This document shows, one piece after another, positions 1 to 10,520 of a stretch of 64,000 bases of DNA; the first letter of the stretch is position 1; each line of letters opens with the position of its first letter. The notes under the pieces were generated by a model. The model had not been told where the DNA came from. It ran no database searches and saw only the letters and a program-made list of their open reading frames with translations. Position numbers and translations under genes: made by a program. The DNA is from Dehalococcoidia bacterium. Its GTDB lineage: Bacteria; Chloroflexota; Dehalococcoidia; SHYD01. The stretch spans positions 666,580-730,579 of the forward strand of contig OZ244809.1 in the NCBI GenBank assembly GCA_965220215.1, given 5' to 3'.

Positions 1-157
1 CCGGACCTTCATAGACTTCTGACGCAGGATAGCGTTATCAGCGTAGAGGATTTCTTTAATGGCCATCGTCATCACCTCGTAGCTCAAAGCTACACATCGT
101 AGTCTCAATTATAAGAGTGGGGATCACGCCTGTAAAGCTGCGTTAACGGGACTCCAC

Positions 158-2683
158 TCAAAGCACCTGAGCAGGATCGACGTCTATGATCCAGCCCCTG
201 GGCGGCGGGAACCGCACCAGAAGCTCGGAGGAATCGTAGCCTTTGAGGAGCACCTGCCAGCGGTACTGCCCTCGCACGCGACGAAAGAAGGCGGGCACCG
301 GTCCCAGCACTTCGGCGTCGGTCAGGCCGGCCTCAGCCCGCGCCTGGTTCAGCGCACGGGCGTAGGACGCGGCGGCGCGCTGGGCGCGGCCGGCGTTCGG
401 TTCGGAGTAGAGCAGGCGCACCATGAGACGAAAGGGCGGGTAGCCGTGACGGCGGCGGAAGGCCAGCTCTCGATGGGCAAAGATCTCGTAGTCCTGACGG
501 GCGGCGCTGTTGATGGCGTAGTGGTCTGGTGTGTATGTCTGGATAACTACCTTGCCCGCCCACTGGCCGCGGCCCGCCCGTCCGGCCACCTGAGTGAGCA
601 GCTGGAAGGTGCGCTCTGCGGCGCGGAAGTCCGGCAAATAGAGGTTCACGTCCGCATTCACCACGCCCACCACGGTGACCCGCGGCAGGTCCAGCCCCTT
701 GGCAATCATCTGGGTGCCTACCAGCACGTCCGCTTCACCCGAGGAAAACTGCTGGAGGATCTCCTGGTGGGTGCGGCGGCCTCGCACGGTATCACTATCC
801 CAGCGGAGCACCCGGGCCTGGGGAAACAACGCTTCCACCTCCTGTTGCACCCGTTCCGTCCCTGCGCCCAAAAACTTGATACGTCCGCTCTGGCACTCCT
901 CACAGCGGGTAGGCACGGGGCGCTGGAGGTTGCAGTGATGGCAGATGAGATGCTCCTTAGCGCTGTGATAAGTCAAGGGCACTTCGCAGCGGCGGCAGCG
1001 CACCACCGTGCCGCAATCCCGGCACTGCACAAAGGTGGCGGAGCCGCGCCGGTTCAAGAAGAGGATGGCCTGCTGCTCCGAGCGCATCGCCTGCCCTAAC
1101 GCGTCCTGAAGCGTCCGGCTAAAGAGGCTGTAGTTGTGGGATTTAAGCTCGTCCCGCAGGTCCACGACTTCCACCTGAGGCAACCCTCTGTCCCTGGGCA
1201 GGCCGCTTGCCAGATGCACCACCGGCGAAATACGTTCCGGCAGCTCCAGCAGCTTGTAGCGACCTTCCAACGCTTCCAGGTAGCTCTCCAAGGAAGGTGT
1301 GGCGCTGCCCAAGAGCACCACTGCGCCGGTGTGCCGGGCAAGCTCAATCGCCGTCGTACGGGTGTGGTAGCGCGGCGCGGGGTCCTGCTGCTTGTAGGTA
1401 GGCTCGTGCTCTTCGTCTATGACGATAAGGCCCACGTCCGGCTGTGGTGCAAAGAGCGCGCTGCGCGGCCCAATGACCACCTGGAACTCCCCTTCACGGA
1501 TGCGCCACCACTCGTCGTACGCCTCACCGGCGGAGAGGCCGCTGTGGAGCACCGCCACCTTGCCGGGGAAGCGGGCGGAGAACCGCTCCACCATCTGCGG
1601 CTCCAGGGAGATCTCCGGCACCAGCACAATGCCCCGCTTGCCTTGGGCCACACAGGTCTCCAGAGCGCGGATATAAAGCTCCGTCTTGCCGCTCCCCGTA
1701 ACGCCGTAGAGCAGGAAAACGGGCGGCGCATCGCTATCAGGCGAAGCGGGCGCGCGCTCCAACGACAGCACCAGCGGGCGCAGCGCGGCCTCCTGGGCAG
1801 GGGTTAGCGGTAGCGAGAACGCCTCCTGGGACGAACGGTCGGCTAGGGGGTCGCGGGTCACTCGCTCCTGTTCGATGGTTACGTAGCCCTGCGCCACCAG
1901 CGAGCCCAGCGAGCCACTGCTTGGACCGAGGCTCTCCTGCACCTCAGCCACAGACATCCCCTCTTGTTGCCCTCGCAGCAGTTCGACGATAGCGCGCTGC
2001 TTGGCCTTACGATGCCAGTCCGGCTCATCCAGCCGTGCGTCAGCGCCTTTGCCGGTGAGTTTGAGCGACCGCTGGAACTTTGGGCCGGCGCGCGGGCGTT
2101 CCAACTGAGAGATTCTGGCTACAAGCCCTTTGGAGACAAGCGAGTCCGCAATCTGTGTTGCGTTGGCGCCCAACGCCCGTTGCAGGTCCTGTGCAGAGAC
2201 CGGAGCGGCCTCCCTCGCCAGGTACTCCAGCACGCGCGCCGTCTTGGGGGGAAGCGTGTCATCGTTGAGGGCGCGGGGGTCCAGCGCCTGGTAGGCCACC
2301 AGGACGCGCTGCCGAAAACCGGGCGGCATCATCAGCTCCGCGCAGCTAAAGAGGGGGGCAAAGTAGTAGTCGGAGAGCCACTGCGCCAGGTCACAGCGCG
2401 CCTGACTCAGCACGGGTTGCGCTTCTATGGGCGCGTGGAGCGCCTTTACTTCGGGGAGAGTTGTGGTGTCCGAGAAGCCGAAGACGATGCCTTGGGCAAG
2501 CTGAGAGCCGCGCCCGAAGGGCACCCAGACCGCTTGGCCGCGGCTGACTTCCATGTTGAGGGGAATGCTATAGGTGAAGGTCTTCTGCGGCGCAGAGGAG
2601 TCTACCGCGACTTCTGCGTACCGCATTAGCTCTGCTGGGGACGGGGGAACCCAACGCTCGCTACGGCTGGACGCAGGGCACAC
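158..2683 (-). CDS. priA: Primosomal protein N' (replication restart helicase PriA)
   Basis: 841-aa ORF with Walker A motif GVTGSGKTELY and a DExH box (IDEEHE). It also has a Cys-rich zinc-binding region (CRDCG..CRRCE..CHHC..CEEC) typical of PriA. Confidence 0.9.
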   Translation of the reverse strand: MCPASSRSERWVPPSPAELMRYAEVAVDSSAPQKTFTYSIPLNMEVSRGQAVWVPFGRGSQLAQGIVFGFSDTTTLPEVKALHAPIEAQPVLSQARCDLAQWLSDYYFAPLFSCAELMMPPGFRQRVLVAYQALDPRALNDDTLPPKTARVLEYLAREAAPVSAQDLQRALGANATQIADSLVSKGLVARISQLERPRAGPKFQRSLKLTGKGADARLDEPDWHRKAKQRAIVELLRGQQEGMSVAEVQESLGPSSGSLGSLVAQGYVTIEQERVTRDPLADRSSQEAFSLPLTPAQEAALRPLVLSLERAPASPDSDAPPVFLLYGVTGSGKTELYIRALETCVAQGKRGIVLVPEISLEPQMVERFSARFPGKVAVLHSGLSAGEAYDEWWRIREGEFQVVIGPRSALFAPQPDVGLIVIDEEHEPTYKQQDPAPRYHTRTTAIELARHTGAVVLLGSATPSLESYLEALEGRYKLLELPERISPVVHLASGLPRDRGLPQVEVVDLRDELKSHNYSLFSRTLQDALGQAMRSEQQAILFLNRRGSATFVQCRDCGTVVRCRRCEVPLTYHSAKEHLICHHCNLQRPVPTRCEECQSGRIKFLGAGTERVQQEVEALFPQARVLRWDSDTVRGRRTHQEILQQFSSGEADVLVGTQMIAKGLDLPRVTVVGVVNADVNLYLPDFRAAERTFQLLTQVAGRAGRGQWAGKVVIQTYTPDHYAINSAARQDYEIFAHRELAFRRRHGYPPFRLMVRLLYSEPNAGRAQRAAASYARALNQARAEAGLTDAEVLGPVPAFFRRVRGQYRWQVLLKGYDSSELLVRFPPPRGWIIDVDPAQVL

Positions 2684-2748
2684 ACGTCTAGGGACATCCT
2701 AGCTAGCTCTACGCGCGCTGCTCCGTGAAAGGAGCGCGAAGGGAGGGC

Positions 2749-3087
2749 TTAGATACGCTCGCGAAGACGGGCGGCGCGGCCAATGCGTCCTCGCAAATAG
2801 TAGAGCTTGGCTCGGCGGACAATGCCGTGGCGGACTACTTCTACTTTGTCCAGACGAGGCGAGTGATTCATGAAGGTGCGCTCCACACCCACGCCGTGGG
2901 AGATGCGGCGCACCGTGAAGTTGGCGTCAACCGCGCCGTGACTCAACCGGATAACCACGCCCTCAAAGACCTGGATACGCTCGCGGGTGCCTTCAACTAC
3001 CTTGGTGCTGACACGAACGGTATCGCCGGGCTTCAGCTCAGGCACATTGGGATTAGCCACTATAGGAAACAGATCAGACACACTCAT
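2749..3087 (-). CDS. rplS: 50S ribosomal protein L19
   Basis: The translation [26 protein letters not shown]...[13 protein letters not shown] matches the bL19 family. I placed the start at the internal ATG (reverse-complement CAT at 3085-3087) rather than the longer ORF. Confidence 0.9.
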   Translation of the reverse strand: MSVSDLFPIVANPNVPELKPGDTVRVSTKVVEGTRERIQVFEGVVIRLSHGAVDANFTVRRISHGVGVERTFMNHSPRLDKVEVVRHGIVRRAKLYYLRGRIGRAARLRERI

Positions 3088-3157
3088 GGAAAACCAATGA
3101 CTCCTTACGGGATACGCTCTCCACATCTTATACGAAGCGGCAAGTATTGGCTAGTGG

Positions 3158-3910
3158 TCATAGCTCCAGCCCCGTCTGCTCCCGTAGCCAAATGCGCTCT
3201 TGCGCGCTCAAGTGAGCGGACGCCAGGAGGTCAGGACGGCGCTGGGCTGTGCGGAGTAATGCCTGCTGCCGTCGCCACTTAGCCACCGCAGCATGGTCTC
3301 CAGAGAGGAGGATATCCGGCACGCTCCAGCCTTTGAAGTCGGCCGGGCGCGTGTATTGGGGGTACTCCAGAAGCCCCATGTTGAAGGACTCCTCCTCAGC
3401 AGACTCCGAGGAACCCATAACACCGGGTTGCAGGCGCACCACAGCGTCGGTCAGCACCATAGCGGGCAACTCGCCGCCGGTGAGCACGTAGTCGCCAATG
3501 CTGATCTCCCGTGTGACTAGGTGCTGCCGGATCCGCTCGTCCACGCCCTCGTAATGGCCGCAAAGGAGCGCCAGCCAGGAAGACTGGGCTAACTCGCGAG
3601 CAATGGCCTGGCTAAACGGCTCGCCTTGAGGAGTGAGCAGGATAGTAGCTGGGGGCTGGTCATGGCCCTCTTCGGCGCCCTCGGCATACACGTGCGCTAG
3701 CGCCTCATCCACCGGCTCCGGCTTCATCACCATGCCGGCGCCACCGCCGTAGGTATAGTCGTCCACCACGCGGTGCTTATCGTGGGCGTAGTCACGGATG
3801 TTGTGGAAGTAGACTTGGAGCAACCCATCCGCTCTGGCGCGAGCAACGATGCTCTTATCGAATGGGCCCTGGAACATCTCCGGAAACAGGGTGAGGATAT
3901 CTATACGCAT
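3158..3910 (-). CDS. trmD: tRNA (guanine37-N1)-methyltransferase
   Basis: [17 protein letters not shown]... has the TrmD SPOUT pattern. It sits upstream of rplS as in the canonical trmD-rplS operon. Confidence 0.9.
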   Translation of the reverse strand: MRIDILTLFPEMFQGPFDKSIVARARADGLLQVYFHNIRDYAHDKHRVVDDYTYGGGAGMVMKPEPVDEALAHVYAEGAEEGHDQPPATILLTPQGEPFSQAIARELAQSSWLALLCGHYEGVDERIRQHLVTREISIGDYVLTGGELPAMVLTDAVVRLQPGVMGSSESAEEESFNMGLLEYPQYTRPADFKGWSVPDILLSGDHAAVAKWRRQQALLRTAQRRPDLLASAHLSAQERIWLREQTGLEL

Positions 3911-3919
3911 GAGGAAGGA

Positions 3920-4414
3920 CTACCTGCGGGGGTGCTCCTCCACGGAGGCGCGCAGGGTTTCAAGCGCGTGGGGCAGCACCGGCAGCAGGACGTCCAGGCA
4001 CTCTTCCACAGCTTTGGGGCTCCCGGGTAGGTTCACAATGAGCGTGCGGCCACGGATGCCCGCTACAGCACGGCTTAACATAGCCATGGGGGTCTTCTGG
4101 AGGCTGGCGGCGCGGATGGCCTCAGCGATACCCGGCACTTCCCGCTCCAGCACCTGCTTAGTGGCTTCCGGCGTCACGTCTCTAGGCGCAAAGCCAGTGC
4201 CGCCGGTGGTAAGGATCAGGTTCAGCCGGCTGGCATCCGCCCATAGGGTCAGGGTTTCTGCAATCAGCGGCTGTTCGTCAGCGACGATCCCGCTCTCCAC
4301 CACCTGGCCGCCGCGCGGCTCCACCAGCGCGCGGATGGCGGGGCCGCTCAGGTCTTCCCGTTCGCCCTGAGCACCCTTATCGCTGATGGTCAAGATGCCT
4401 ACCGTAAACGCCAT
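3920..4414 (-). CDS. Molybdenum cofactor biosynthesis protein, MoaB/MogA family
   Basis: MAFTVGILTISDKGAQGERED...GGTGFAPRDVTPEAT matches the MogA/MoaB fold pattern. The start is taken at the internal Met (CAT at 4412-4414). Confidence 0.7.
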   Translation of the reverse strand: MAFTVGILTISDKGAQGEREDLSGPAIRALVEPRGGQVVESGIVADEQPLIAETLTLWADASRLNLILTTGGTGFAPRDVTPEATKQVLEREVPGIAEAIRAASLQKTPMAMLSRAVAGIRGRTLIVNLPGSPKAVEECLDVLLPVLPHALETLRASVEEHPRR

Positions 4415-4439
4415 TTGTGCTGTCTCTCCGAGTAGAGCA

Positions 4440-5390
4440 ATGATAGCATACGGGCACAGGAAGGACGTGAGCGTGAACAAGCAGGGCTTTGACGTAGTAA
4501 CCGGAGCCTTTGGCTACACCGGCCGTTATATTGCGAAGCGGCTGGTGGCGCAGGGACGCACCGTAGCCACGCTCACGCGGCGCACGCAGCCGGCGGGCCT
4601 CTTCCCGCAGCCGCTGCAGCGGATTGTGCCCAACTTTGCCGATCGGGATGCCCTAGCCGCACAGCTCCAAGGGGCCGACACCCTCTACAACACGTACTGG
4701 GTGCGCTTTGATCATGGCGGTACCGGCCATGAGGCTGCCGTGGAACACTCCCGGACGCTTTTTGCCGCGGCGCGGATGGCGGGAGTGGGCAAGATTGTCC
4801 ACGTGAGCATCGCCCATGCAGACTCCCGCTCACCCTTGCCCTACTACCGGGGCAAAGGACAGGTGGAGGAAGCGCTACGCGGGGAAGGTGTACCCTATGT
4901 CATCATTCGTCCCACCCTGGTCTTTGGGCGGGAAGACATCCTAGTGAACAACATCGCGTGGTTCCTGCGACGCTTTCCCTTCTTTGGGTTGCCCGGCTCC
5001 GGCGACTACGGTGTGCGGCCAGTCTTCGTGGAGGACGTGGCAGACCTAGCCCTACGCACCGATCTTGCTGATGCCAACGCGATAGTGGACGCGGTGGGTC
5101 CTGAAAAGTACACCTTCCGGGAGTTGGTGGCGCTGGTAGCCAGCGGCGTTGGGGAAGCTCGGGGGCTCGTAGGACTACCGCCACGCGTGGCACTGGCCGC
5201 AACCGCGCTGGTAGGGCTCTTAGTGCGAGACGTGGTGCTAACCGAGGACGAAGTGCGGGGGTTGATGGCAGGTCTGCTCACAACTGACGGGGCTGCGTCA
5301 GGAGAGACCCGCTTCAGCGAGTGGCTAGAGGAAAACGCAAGCTGGCTGGGGAAAGAGTACCGTTCCGAGCTAGGGGCACACTTTCGTTAG
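4440..5390 (+). CDS. NAD(P)H-binding atypical SDR / NmrA-like epimerase-dehydratase family protein
   Basis: N-terminal Rossmann motif VVTGAFGYTGRYIAKRL. The start is chosen at ATG 4440, divergent from the MoaB/MogA gene. Confidence 0.6.
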   Translation: MIAYGHRKDVSVNKQGFDVVTGAFGYTGRYIAKRLVAQGRTVATLTRRTQPAGLFPQPLQRIVPNFADRDALAAQLQGADTLYNTYWVRFDHGGTGHEAAVEHSRTLFAAARMAGVGKIVHVSIAHADSRSPLPYYRGKGQVEEALRGEGVPYVIIRPTLVFGREDILVNNIAWFLRRFPFFGLPGSGDYGVRPVFVEDVADLALRTDLADANAIVDAVGPEKYTFRELVALVASGVGEARGLVGLPPRVALAATALVGLLVRDVVLTEDEVRGLMAGLLTTDGAASGETRFSEWLEENASWLGKEYRSELGAHFR

Positions 5391-5404
5391 GTCTGGGTGC
5401 CCGC

Positions 5405-5683
5405 TCACCTGCTGAAAGGCTGGTCAAACCAGCGGGTGTGCATCTGCATTAGAAAGTCGTCGTTGATGGGGTAGCCGGAGGCGGAACCCACTACCGCATC
5501 GAAGCCGCAGTTGGGGCAGAGTGCGGTAGTGTACACCCCTTGCCGCTCGTACTCCCACTCCTTGATGTCTGCGGGGGCAAAGATTGCCAGGCAGCGGAAG
5601 CAGCCGCAGCTTTCGCTCTGCAGCAGCTCCTCGCGGTGAAACAAGGTGTGCTTATTCGCTTCTTCTAAGTCGTACTCAGCCAT
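5405..5683 (-). CDS. Hypothetical small Cys-rich (zinc-ribbon-like) protein
   Basis: 92-aa ORF with CGCFRC...CPNCG cysteine pairs. I recognise no family. Confidence 0.4.
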   Translation of the reverse strand: MAEYDLEEANKHTLFHREELLQSESCGCFRCLAIFAPADIKEWEYERQGVYTTALCPNCGFDAVVGSASGYPINDDFLMQMHTRWFDQPFSR

Positions 5684-5990
5684 AGTTATAATGCCTGCTT
5701 TTCTGCAATTCCTGCTACGTATATTAGCTGCCCGTCAGTTCCTAGACAAAGAGGGTCTGGGCCTATGCGGGATAGTATGTGGCCGTCCGTAGCTAATAAC
5801 CGGAACCGCATCCTTATGGCACAGCACATCTATAGCAAGCCCCTCTACCTCTAAGACATAGCCCCTCACCAATCGGTCTAGCACAAACCGCGCTCCTTGT
5901 TGGCGATTGAAAAGTCCTGCTATACTGCTGAATGAGCCCGGCGATGAATCGATACCGCGCGGGCAGAGGGATGGCAACCAAAACCACGTT

Positions 5991-6761
5991 ATGAATATCC
6001 TTGTCATTGGCGACGTTGTAGGCACGCCCGGGCGGAGAGTCATCCAGTCCTCTTTAGAAAGCCTACGCTCTGAACTCGATATCGACCTGGTTGTAGCTAA
6101 TGGCGAGAATGCCGCTCATGGCCGGGGCATCACCGTCGGTCTCCTGGAAGAGATGCTGAACTCTGGGGTAGACGTGGTGACAACCGGCAATCACGTGTGG
6201 GACCAGCGGGAGTTCCTGCCGCACCTGGACTCCGATTATCCTATCATCCGACCGGTCAACTACCCTGATGGCGTGCCCGGCCGCGGCTATCTCATAGCGC
6301 AGGATGTGCTTATTGTGAACGCGATGGGCCGCACATTCATGCCATCGGTAGACTGCCCCTTTCGGGCTATGGATAAGCTGCTCTCTACGTTCAGCACCCT
6401 CCCTCGTACTATCCTGGTGGACTTCCATGCGGAGGCTACTTCAGAGAAGGTCGCTATGGGCTGGTACCTAGACGGTCGCGTGACCGCAGTGGTGGGGACG
6501 CACACCCATGTGCCTACCGCGGATGCCAAGGTGCTGCCCATGGGCACAGCCTTTGTCACAGACATCGGCATGACCGGCCCTTGCCACTCTATCATCGGCA
6601 ACGAGGTGGATGCCGTGCTTTCGCGCTTCCTTACCTCTATGCCTACCGCGCTGCCGGTTGCTGAAGGCCCGGCCCAGCTGAATGCCATGGTCATAGAAGT
6701 GGACGACAAGAGTGGCCGCGCCCGCTCCATCAGGCGCATTGAGCGCAGCGAGCGAGAATAA
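5991..6761 (+). CDS. ymdB: YmdB-like metallophosphoesterase (TIGR00282 family)
   Basis: MNILVIGDVVGTPGRRVI...VVANGENAAHGRGIT matches the YmdB N-terminus closely. The start is at ATG 5991. Confidence 0.8.
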   Translation: MNILVIGDVVGTPGRRVIQSSLESLRSELDIDLVVANGENAAHGRGITVGLLEEMLNSGVDVVTTGNHVWDQREFLPHLDSDYPIIRPVNYPDGVPGRGYLIAQDVLIVNAMGRTFMPSVDCPFRAMDKLLSTFSTLPRTILVDFHAEATSEKVAMGWYLDGRVTAVVGTHTHVPTADAKVLPMGTAFVTDIGMTGPCHSIIGNEVDAVLSRFLTSMPTALPVAEGPAQLNAMVIEVDDKSGRARSIRRIERSERE

Positions 6762-6769
6762 GCACCCGC

Positions 6770-7615
6770 ATGCACGTAGATTTACACATGCACACTACGG
6801 AGTCCGACGGTCGTCTGACTCCTACCCAGCTCGTTGACGTGGCCGCCAGCAACGGCGCCAGAATCATCGCTATCACCGACCACGACTCCACCCAAGGGCT
6901 GGCAGAAGCCTACCGAGCGGCGGAGAAGCACCCTCAGCTCACTATTATCCCCGGCATCGAACTGAGCACGGATATTCCCGGCAGCGAGGTGCACATCCTG
7001 GGCTATTTTCTGGACTACCACCGGCCGGCCTTCCAGGACATTCTGAACGATTTCCGGGAAGCTCGGGAAGACCGCGGACGCCGCATGGTGGATAAGCTTG
7101 CAGAGATGGGCATGCCCGTCAGTTGGGACCGCGTGCGGGAGCTGGCCGGTGGCGGCTATGGCGCAGTAGGCCGCCCACACGTAGCGCAAGCGATGGTGGA
7201 GGAAGGCTACGTGCCTGCCATCAAGGATGCCTTCGACCTCTATATTGGACGCACCGGGCTGGCCTATGCCGAACGGCCAAAGCTCACTCCCCCGGAAGCA
7301 GTGAAGATGATTGAAGAGGTAGGCGGCCTTGCGGTGATGGCCCATCCGAAGGATGTCTTGCCTAACCTGGAACCCATCTTGGAAGAACTTAGCAAAGCCG
7401 GCCTAGCGGGCATGGAAGCCCACTACCAGGGCTACGAGCCCGGCCTCGTCAAGCAGCTTGTGAACACGTGCAACGAGTACGACATCATTCCCTGCGGCGG
7501 CAGCGACTTCCACGGCTTCCCCGGCCGCATGGAGTTGGGCCCCGGCCAGGTGGACGTGCCCTGGGAAACCGCTGAACGCCTGTATGCCCTCAAGGGCGTA
7601 CCAATCGCTTCTTAA
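6770..7615 (+). CDS. PHP-domain metal-dependent phosphoesterase (TrpH/YciV-like)
   Basis: [23 protein letters not shown]...ITDHDS is the PHP domain signature. Confidence 0.8.
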   Translation: MHVDLHMHTTESDGRLTPTQLVDVAASNGARIIAITDHDSTQGLAEAYRAAEKHPQLTIIPGIELSTDIPGSEVHILGYFLDYHRPAFQDILNDFREAREDRGRRMVDKLAEMGMPVSWDRVRELAGGGYGAVGRPHVAQAMVEEGYVPAIKDAFDLYIGRTGLAYAERPKLTPPEAVKMIEEVGGLAVMAHPKDVLPNLEPILEELSKAGLAGMEAHYQGYEPGLVKQLVNTCNEYDIIPCGGSDFHGFPGRMELGPGQVDVPWETAERLYALKGVPIAS

Positions 7616-7619
7616 GCCT

Positions 7620-8078
7620 ATGGTGCTCGGCCCTCGAGAAATCCAGGCCATCATCCCCCATCGCTGGCCGTTCCTGCTGGTGGACAAGATCGTTGAGATC
7701 GAACCCGGCAAGCGGGCTGTGGGGATCAAACAGGTCTCCAGTGGCGAGATCTATTTCCAGGGGCATTTCCCCGACCTCCCCATCATGCCCGCGGTGCTCA
7801 CCGTGGAAGCCCTCGCCCAAGTAGGCGCGATAGCGCTCATGAGCCAACCCGAACACAAGGGGAAGGTGGCCCTCTTTGCCGGCATTGACGACTTTCGCTT
7901 CCGCAAGGCCGTCTTCCCCGGCGATACCCTGCGCCTGGAAGTGACGCTGGACCGCATCCGCGGCAACTTTGGCAAAGGCACCGGCCGCGCCACCGTTGAC
8001 GATCAGGTTGCTTCTGAGGGCACTATCATGTTCATGCTGGCGCCGCCGGATGCTGTTGCGCCGCCCCAGGGTTCATAA
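7620..8078 (+). CDS. fabZ: 3-hydroxyacyl-ACP dehydratase
   Basis: [49 protein letters not shown] is the FabZ hotdog motif. The start is at ATG 7620. Confidence 0.85.
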   Translation: MVLGPREIQAIIPHRWPFLLVDKIVEIEPGKRAVGIKQVSSGEIYFQGHFPDLPIMPAVLTVEALAQVGAIALMSQPEHKGKVALFAGIDDFRFRKAVFPGDTLRLEVTLDRIRGNFGKGTGRATVDDQVASEGTIMFMLAPPDAVAPPQGS

Positions 8079-8117
8079 GCGGGCAGCCGCTGTTGGCATT
8101 AGTGCAGGCAGTCCGCC

Positions 8118-9287
8118 GTGCTCTTTTTGAAAGACCGTTTAGTTACCTTCTTATGCTCGCGGCTGGCAAATCTCTTCCCCAACACAAAAGCCGTCCCCTC
8201 CCTTCCCGCTAACGCCCGCATCCTGGTCATCAAACCCTGTTGCCTGGGGGACATGCTCCTTGCAACCCCAGTCCTTGCCGTACTGCGAGAGCGCTTCCCT
8301 GCCGCTACCATCACACTCGTCACCAGCCCCTGGGCTAGACCCGCTGCGGAGGGCAACCCCCACCTGAGCAGTATCGAGACGTGGGACTTTCCCGAACGGG
8401 GCGGCATCCGGAGCTTGTGGGGCTACTACCAACTCGCACGCCGCCTGAAAGAGGGACACTTCCACGCCGCGGTGGTGTTGGACCGGTCACCGCTAGTGGC
8501 TATGGTGCCCAGGCTAGCGGGTATCCCTATCAGAGCGGGGTTAGACAGCGGCGGCCGCGGCTTTCCGCACACGCATCGCGTGTCCACCACGCCGCTGCGC
8601 CACGAAGCCTCTCTCTACCTCTCCACTGCGATGATGTTGATCGGACAACCCGCAGACGCGTCACTGCTCTTCAGCCCCAACCCAGAAGACCAGCGCTGGG
8701 CAAATACAGAGCTCGCGGAAAAAGAGCGTTGGATTGCCATCCACCCCGGCGGCGGCGTGAATCCAGGCAGCACTCTCCTAGGAAAGCGCTGGCCTTTGGA
8801 ACAGTACACAGCCCTCGCAGGACAGCTCCTGCTCCAAGGGCATTCCGTCGTGCTGGTAGGCCCGCCTGAGGACTTGGAGGCGGCGGACGTTATCCGGGAG
8901 CAGTCGCTAGCCTTTGTAAACCAGCACCAGCAGCGCACACGCGGGGCGCGCCCCGGCCTGCTGCGTAATTACGCCGGTCAGACCAGCTTCGGCCAGCTGG
9001 CCGCGGTGCTGCAGCGGTGCAGCGCTTTTGTCGGCAACGATACCGGCCCAATGCACCTGGCGGTAGCCGTAAACACGCCGGTGGTGGCGATCTTCGGCCC
9101 TTCCAAGCCGGACGTTTACGGGCCCTATGACAAGCGCAGCCAGGTGATCTATCACGGAGAGGCGTGTCAGGGCTGCGTCTTCCGAGGCGGCCTGGCCGTG
9201 CAGTGCAAGCAGGCATACGCCTGCACCGCGGCGGCCGGCGTTGAAGAGGTGGAGAGCGCGCTCCTCTCCCTGCTCAAGGCATCCTAG
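8118..9287 (+). CDS. Glycosyltransferase family 9 (ADP-heptose:acceptor heptosyltransferase-like)
   Basis: N-terminal ILVIKPCCLGDMLLATPVL and C-terminal GNDTGPMHLAVAVNTPVVAIFGPS are the GT9 hallmarks. Confidence 0.8.
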   Translation: MLFLKDRLVTFLCSRLANLFPNTKAVPSLPANARILVIKPCCLGDMLLATPVLAVLRERFPAATITLVTSPWARPAAEGNPHLSSIETWDFPERGGIRSLWGYYQLARRLKEGHFHAAVVLDRSPLVAMVPRLAGIPIRAGLDSGGRGFPHTHRVSTTPLRHEASLYLSTAMMLIGQPADASLLFSPNPEDQRWANTELAEKERWIAIHPGGGVNPGSTLLGKRWPLEQYTALAGQLLLQGHSVVLVGPPEDLEAADVIREQSLAFVNQHQQRTRGARPGLLRNYAGQTSFGQLAAVLQRCSAFVGNDTGPMHLAVAVNTPVVAIFGPSKPDVYGPYDKRSQVIYHGEACQGCVFRGGLAVQCKQAYACTAAAGVEEVESALLSLLKAS

Positions 9288-9360
9288 AGAGCTGATTGCC
9301 CCTCTACCTGGCCGATGCTAGGATACGGATACGACCTCGTTTCGTAAGAGAAGAGCAGCT

Positions 9361-10518
9361 TTGAAAGAACTCGTGCGCCGCCGTTTGCTCCAAGTTGCCG
9401 GTAGGGCGCTGCGTCACACATCGGCAGCACCCCTAGGCCTACCCCAACGCGTGGTGGTGCTCCGTCCCGACCACCTGGGCGACCTTCTGCTCACCGCGCC
9501 CGCACTCCGCTTACTCCGTACCCGCCTGCCGGAAAGCCATATCTCCCTGCTGGTAGGCCCTTGGAACCGTGAAGCTGCTTCCCATATACCTTATGTCAAC
9601 GATGTGCTTGTCCTGGACTACCCCTGGTTCGACCGCCAGCCCAAAGGCGCGCCCTGGGCGCCCTATTTCCAGCTACGCCAAGAAGCAGAGAGATTGCACC
9701 GCGCTGCCTTCGACCTCGCGCTGATTATGCGCCACGACTTCTGGTGGGGCGCATGGCTGGCAGCAGCCGCGGGTATCCCGCAACGAGCCGGTTACAACCT
9801 CCCAGAGGTTGCGCCCTTCCTTACCACCGCACTCCCCTATGCGTCTGGTCTCCACGAGACAGAGCAGTGCCTACGGCTGGTGCAGGCGGCAGCGCCTAGT
9901 GAAGACAGCGCTATGCGCGCTACGGACGGGCTGGATTTTGTCCCCACGCCTGATGAACAGGCCTTTGCGGAGAAGTGGCTACAGGAACACGGCCTAGCAG
10001 ACGCCATCGTTGCGCTGCACCCCGGCGCGGGCGCACCGGTAAAGCAATGGCCGTCAGATCGCTTCGGTATGCTGGCCCAGCAGCTGGCAACCGACCACCG
10101 CGTTGGCATTGTGGTCACCGGCGACACCCATGAGGCCGCCCTAGTGCAGCAGGTGGTTGCAAGCAGTGAAGAGGCTCACGCCGCTCCTCTGGTGGGCGCG
10201 ACTATCGGACAGGTGGCTGCCGTGCTCCAGCGGTGCGCGCTGGCCGTGGGCGGCGATTCCGGCATTCTTCACCTAGCCGCGGCAGTGGGCACACCAACGG
10301 TGCGGCTCTACGGCTCCGTGGACTCCCAGCGCTTTGGGCCCTGGGGCGCGCCGGAACAGCACCAAATCCTGCGGGCGGAGCTGGCCTGCGTGCCCTGCAA
10401 CCGGCTCGACTTTCCTGCAGAAGAGTTGCCCTACCATCCCTGCCTTCGCAGTATCACCACGGACGCGGTGCTCCAATCCGTGCGAGCGATGCTGTCGCCC
10501 GTAGCGGCTGCTTTGTAG
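9361..10518 (+). CDS. Glycosyltransferase family 9 (heptosyltransferase-like)
   Basis: VVVLRPDHLGDLLLTAPALRLL...GGDSGILHLAAAVGTPTVRLYGS. The ORF track gives a TTG start at 9361. Confidence 0.75.
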   Translation: MKELVRRRLLQVAGRALRHTSAAPLGLPQRVVVLRPDHLGDLLLTAPALRLLRTRLPESHISLLVGPWNREAASHIPYVNDVLVLDYPWFDRQPKGAPWAPYFQLRQEAERLHRAAFDLALIMRHDFWWGAWLAAAAGIPQRAGYNLPEVAPFLTTALPYASGLHETEQCLRLVQAAAPSEDSAMRATDGLDFVPTPDEQAFAEKWLQEHGLADAIVALHPGAGAPVKQWPSDRFGMLAQQLATDHRVGIVVTGDTHEAALVQQVVASSEEAHAAPLVGATIGQVAAVLQRCALAVGGDSGILHLAAAVGTPTVRLYGSVDSQRFGPWGAPEQHQILRAELACVPCNRLDFPAEELPYHPCLRSITTDAVLQSVRAMLSPVAAAL

Positions 10519-10520
10519 CC

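Noticed and set aside
446-1807. Several 200+-aa ORFs on the + strand inside priA
   Set aside because: They are antisense shadow ORFs of a high-GC gene with no domain-like patterns. The same applies to 24036-24638 (inside guaA), 27249-28019 (inside purD), 49364-50251 (inside the ADH gene), 52452-53117 (inside sat) and 56565-57530 (inside htrA/rsmD).
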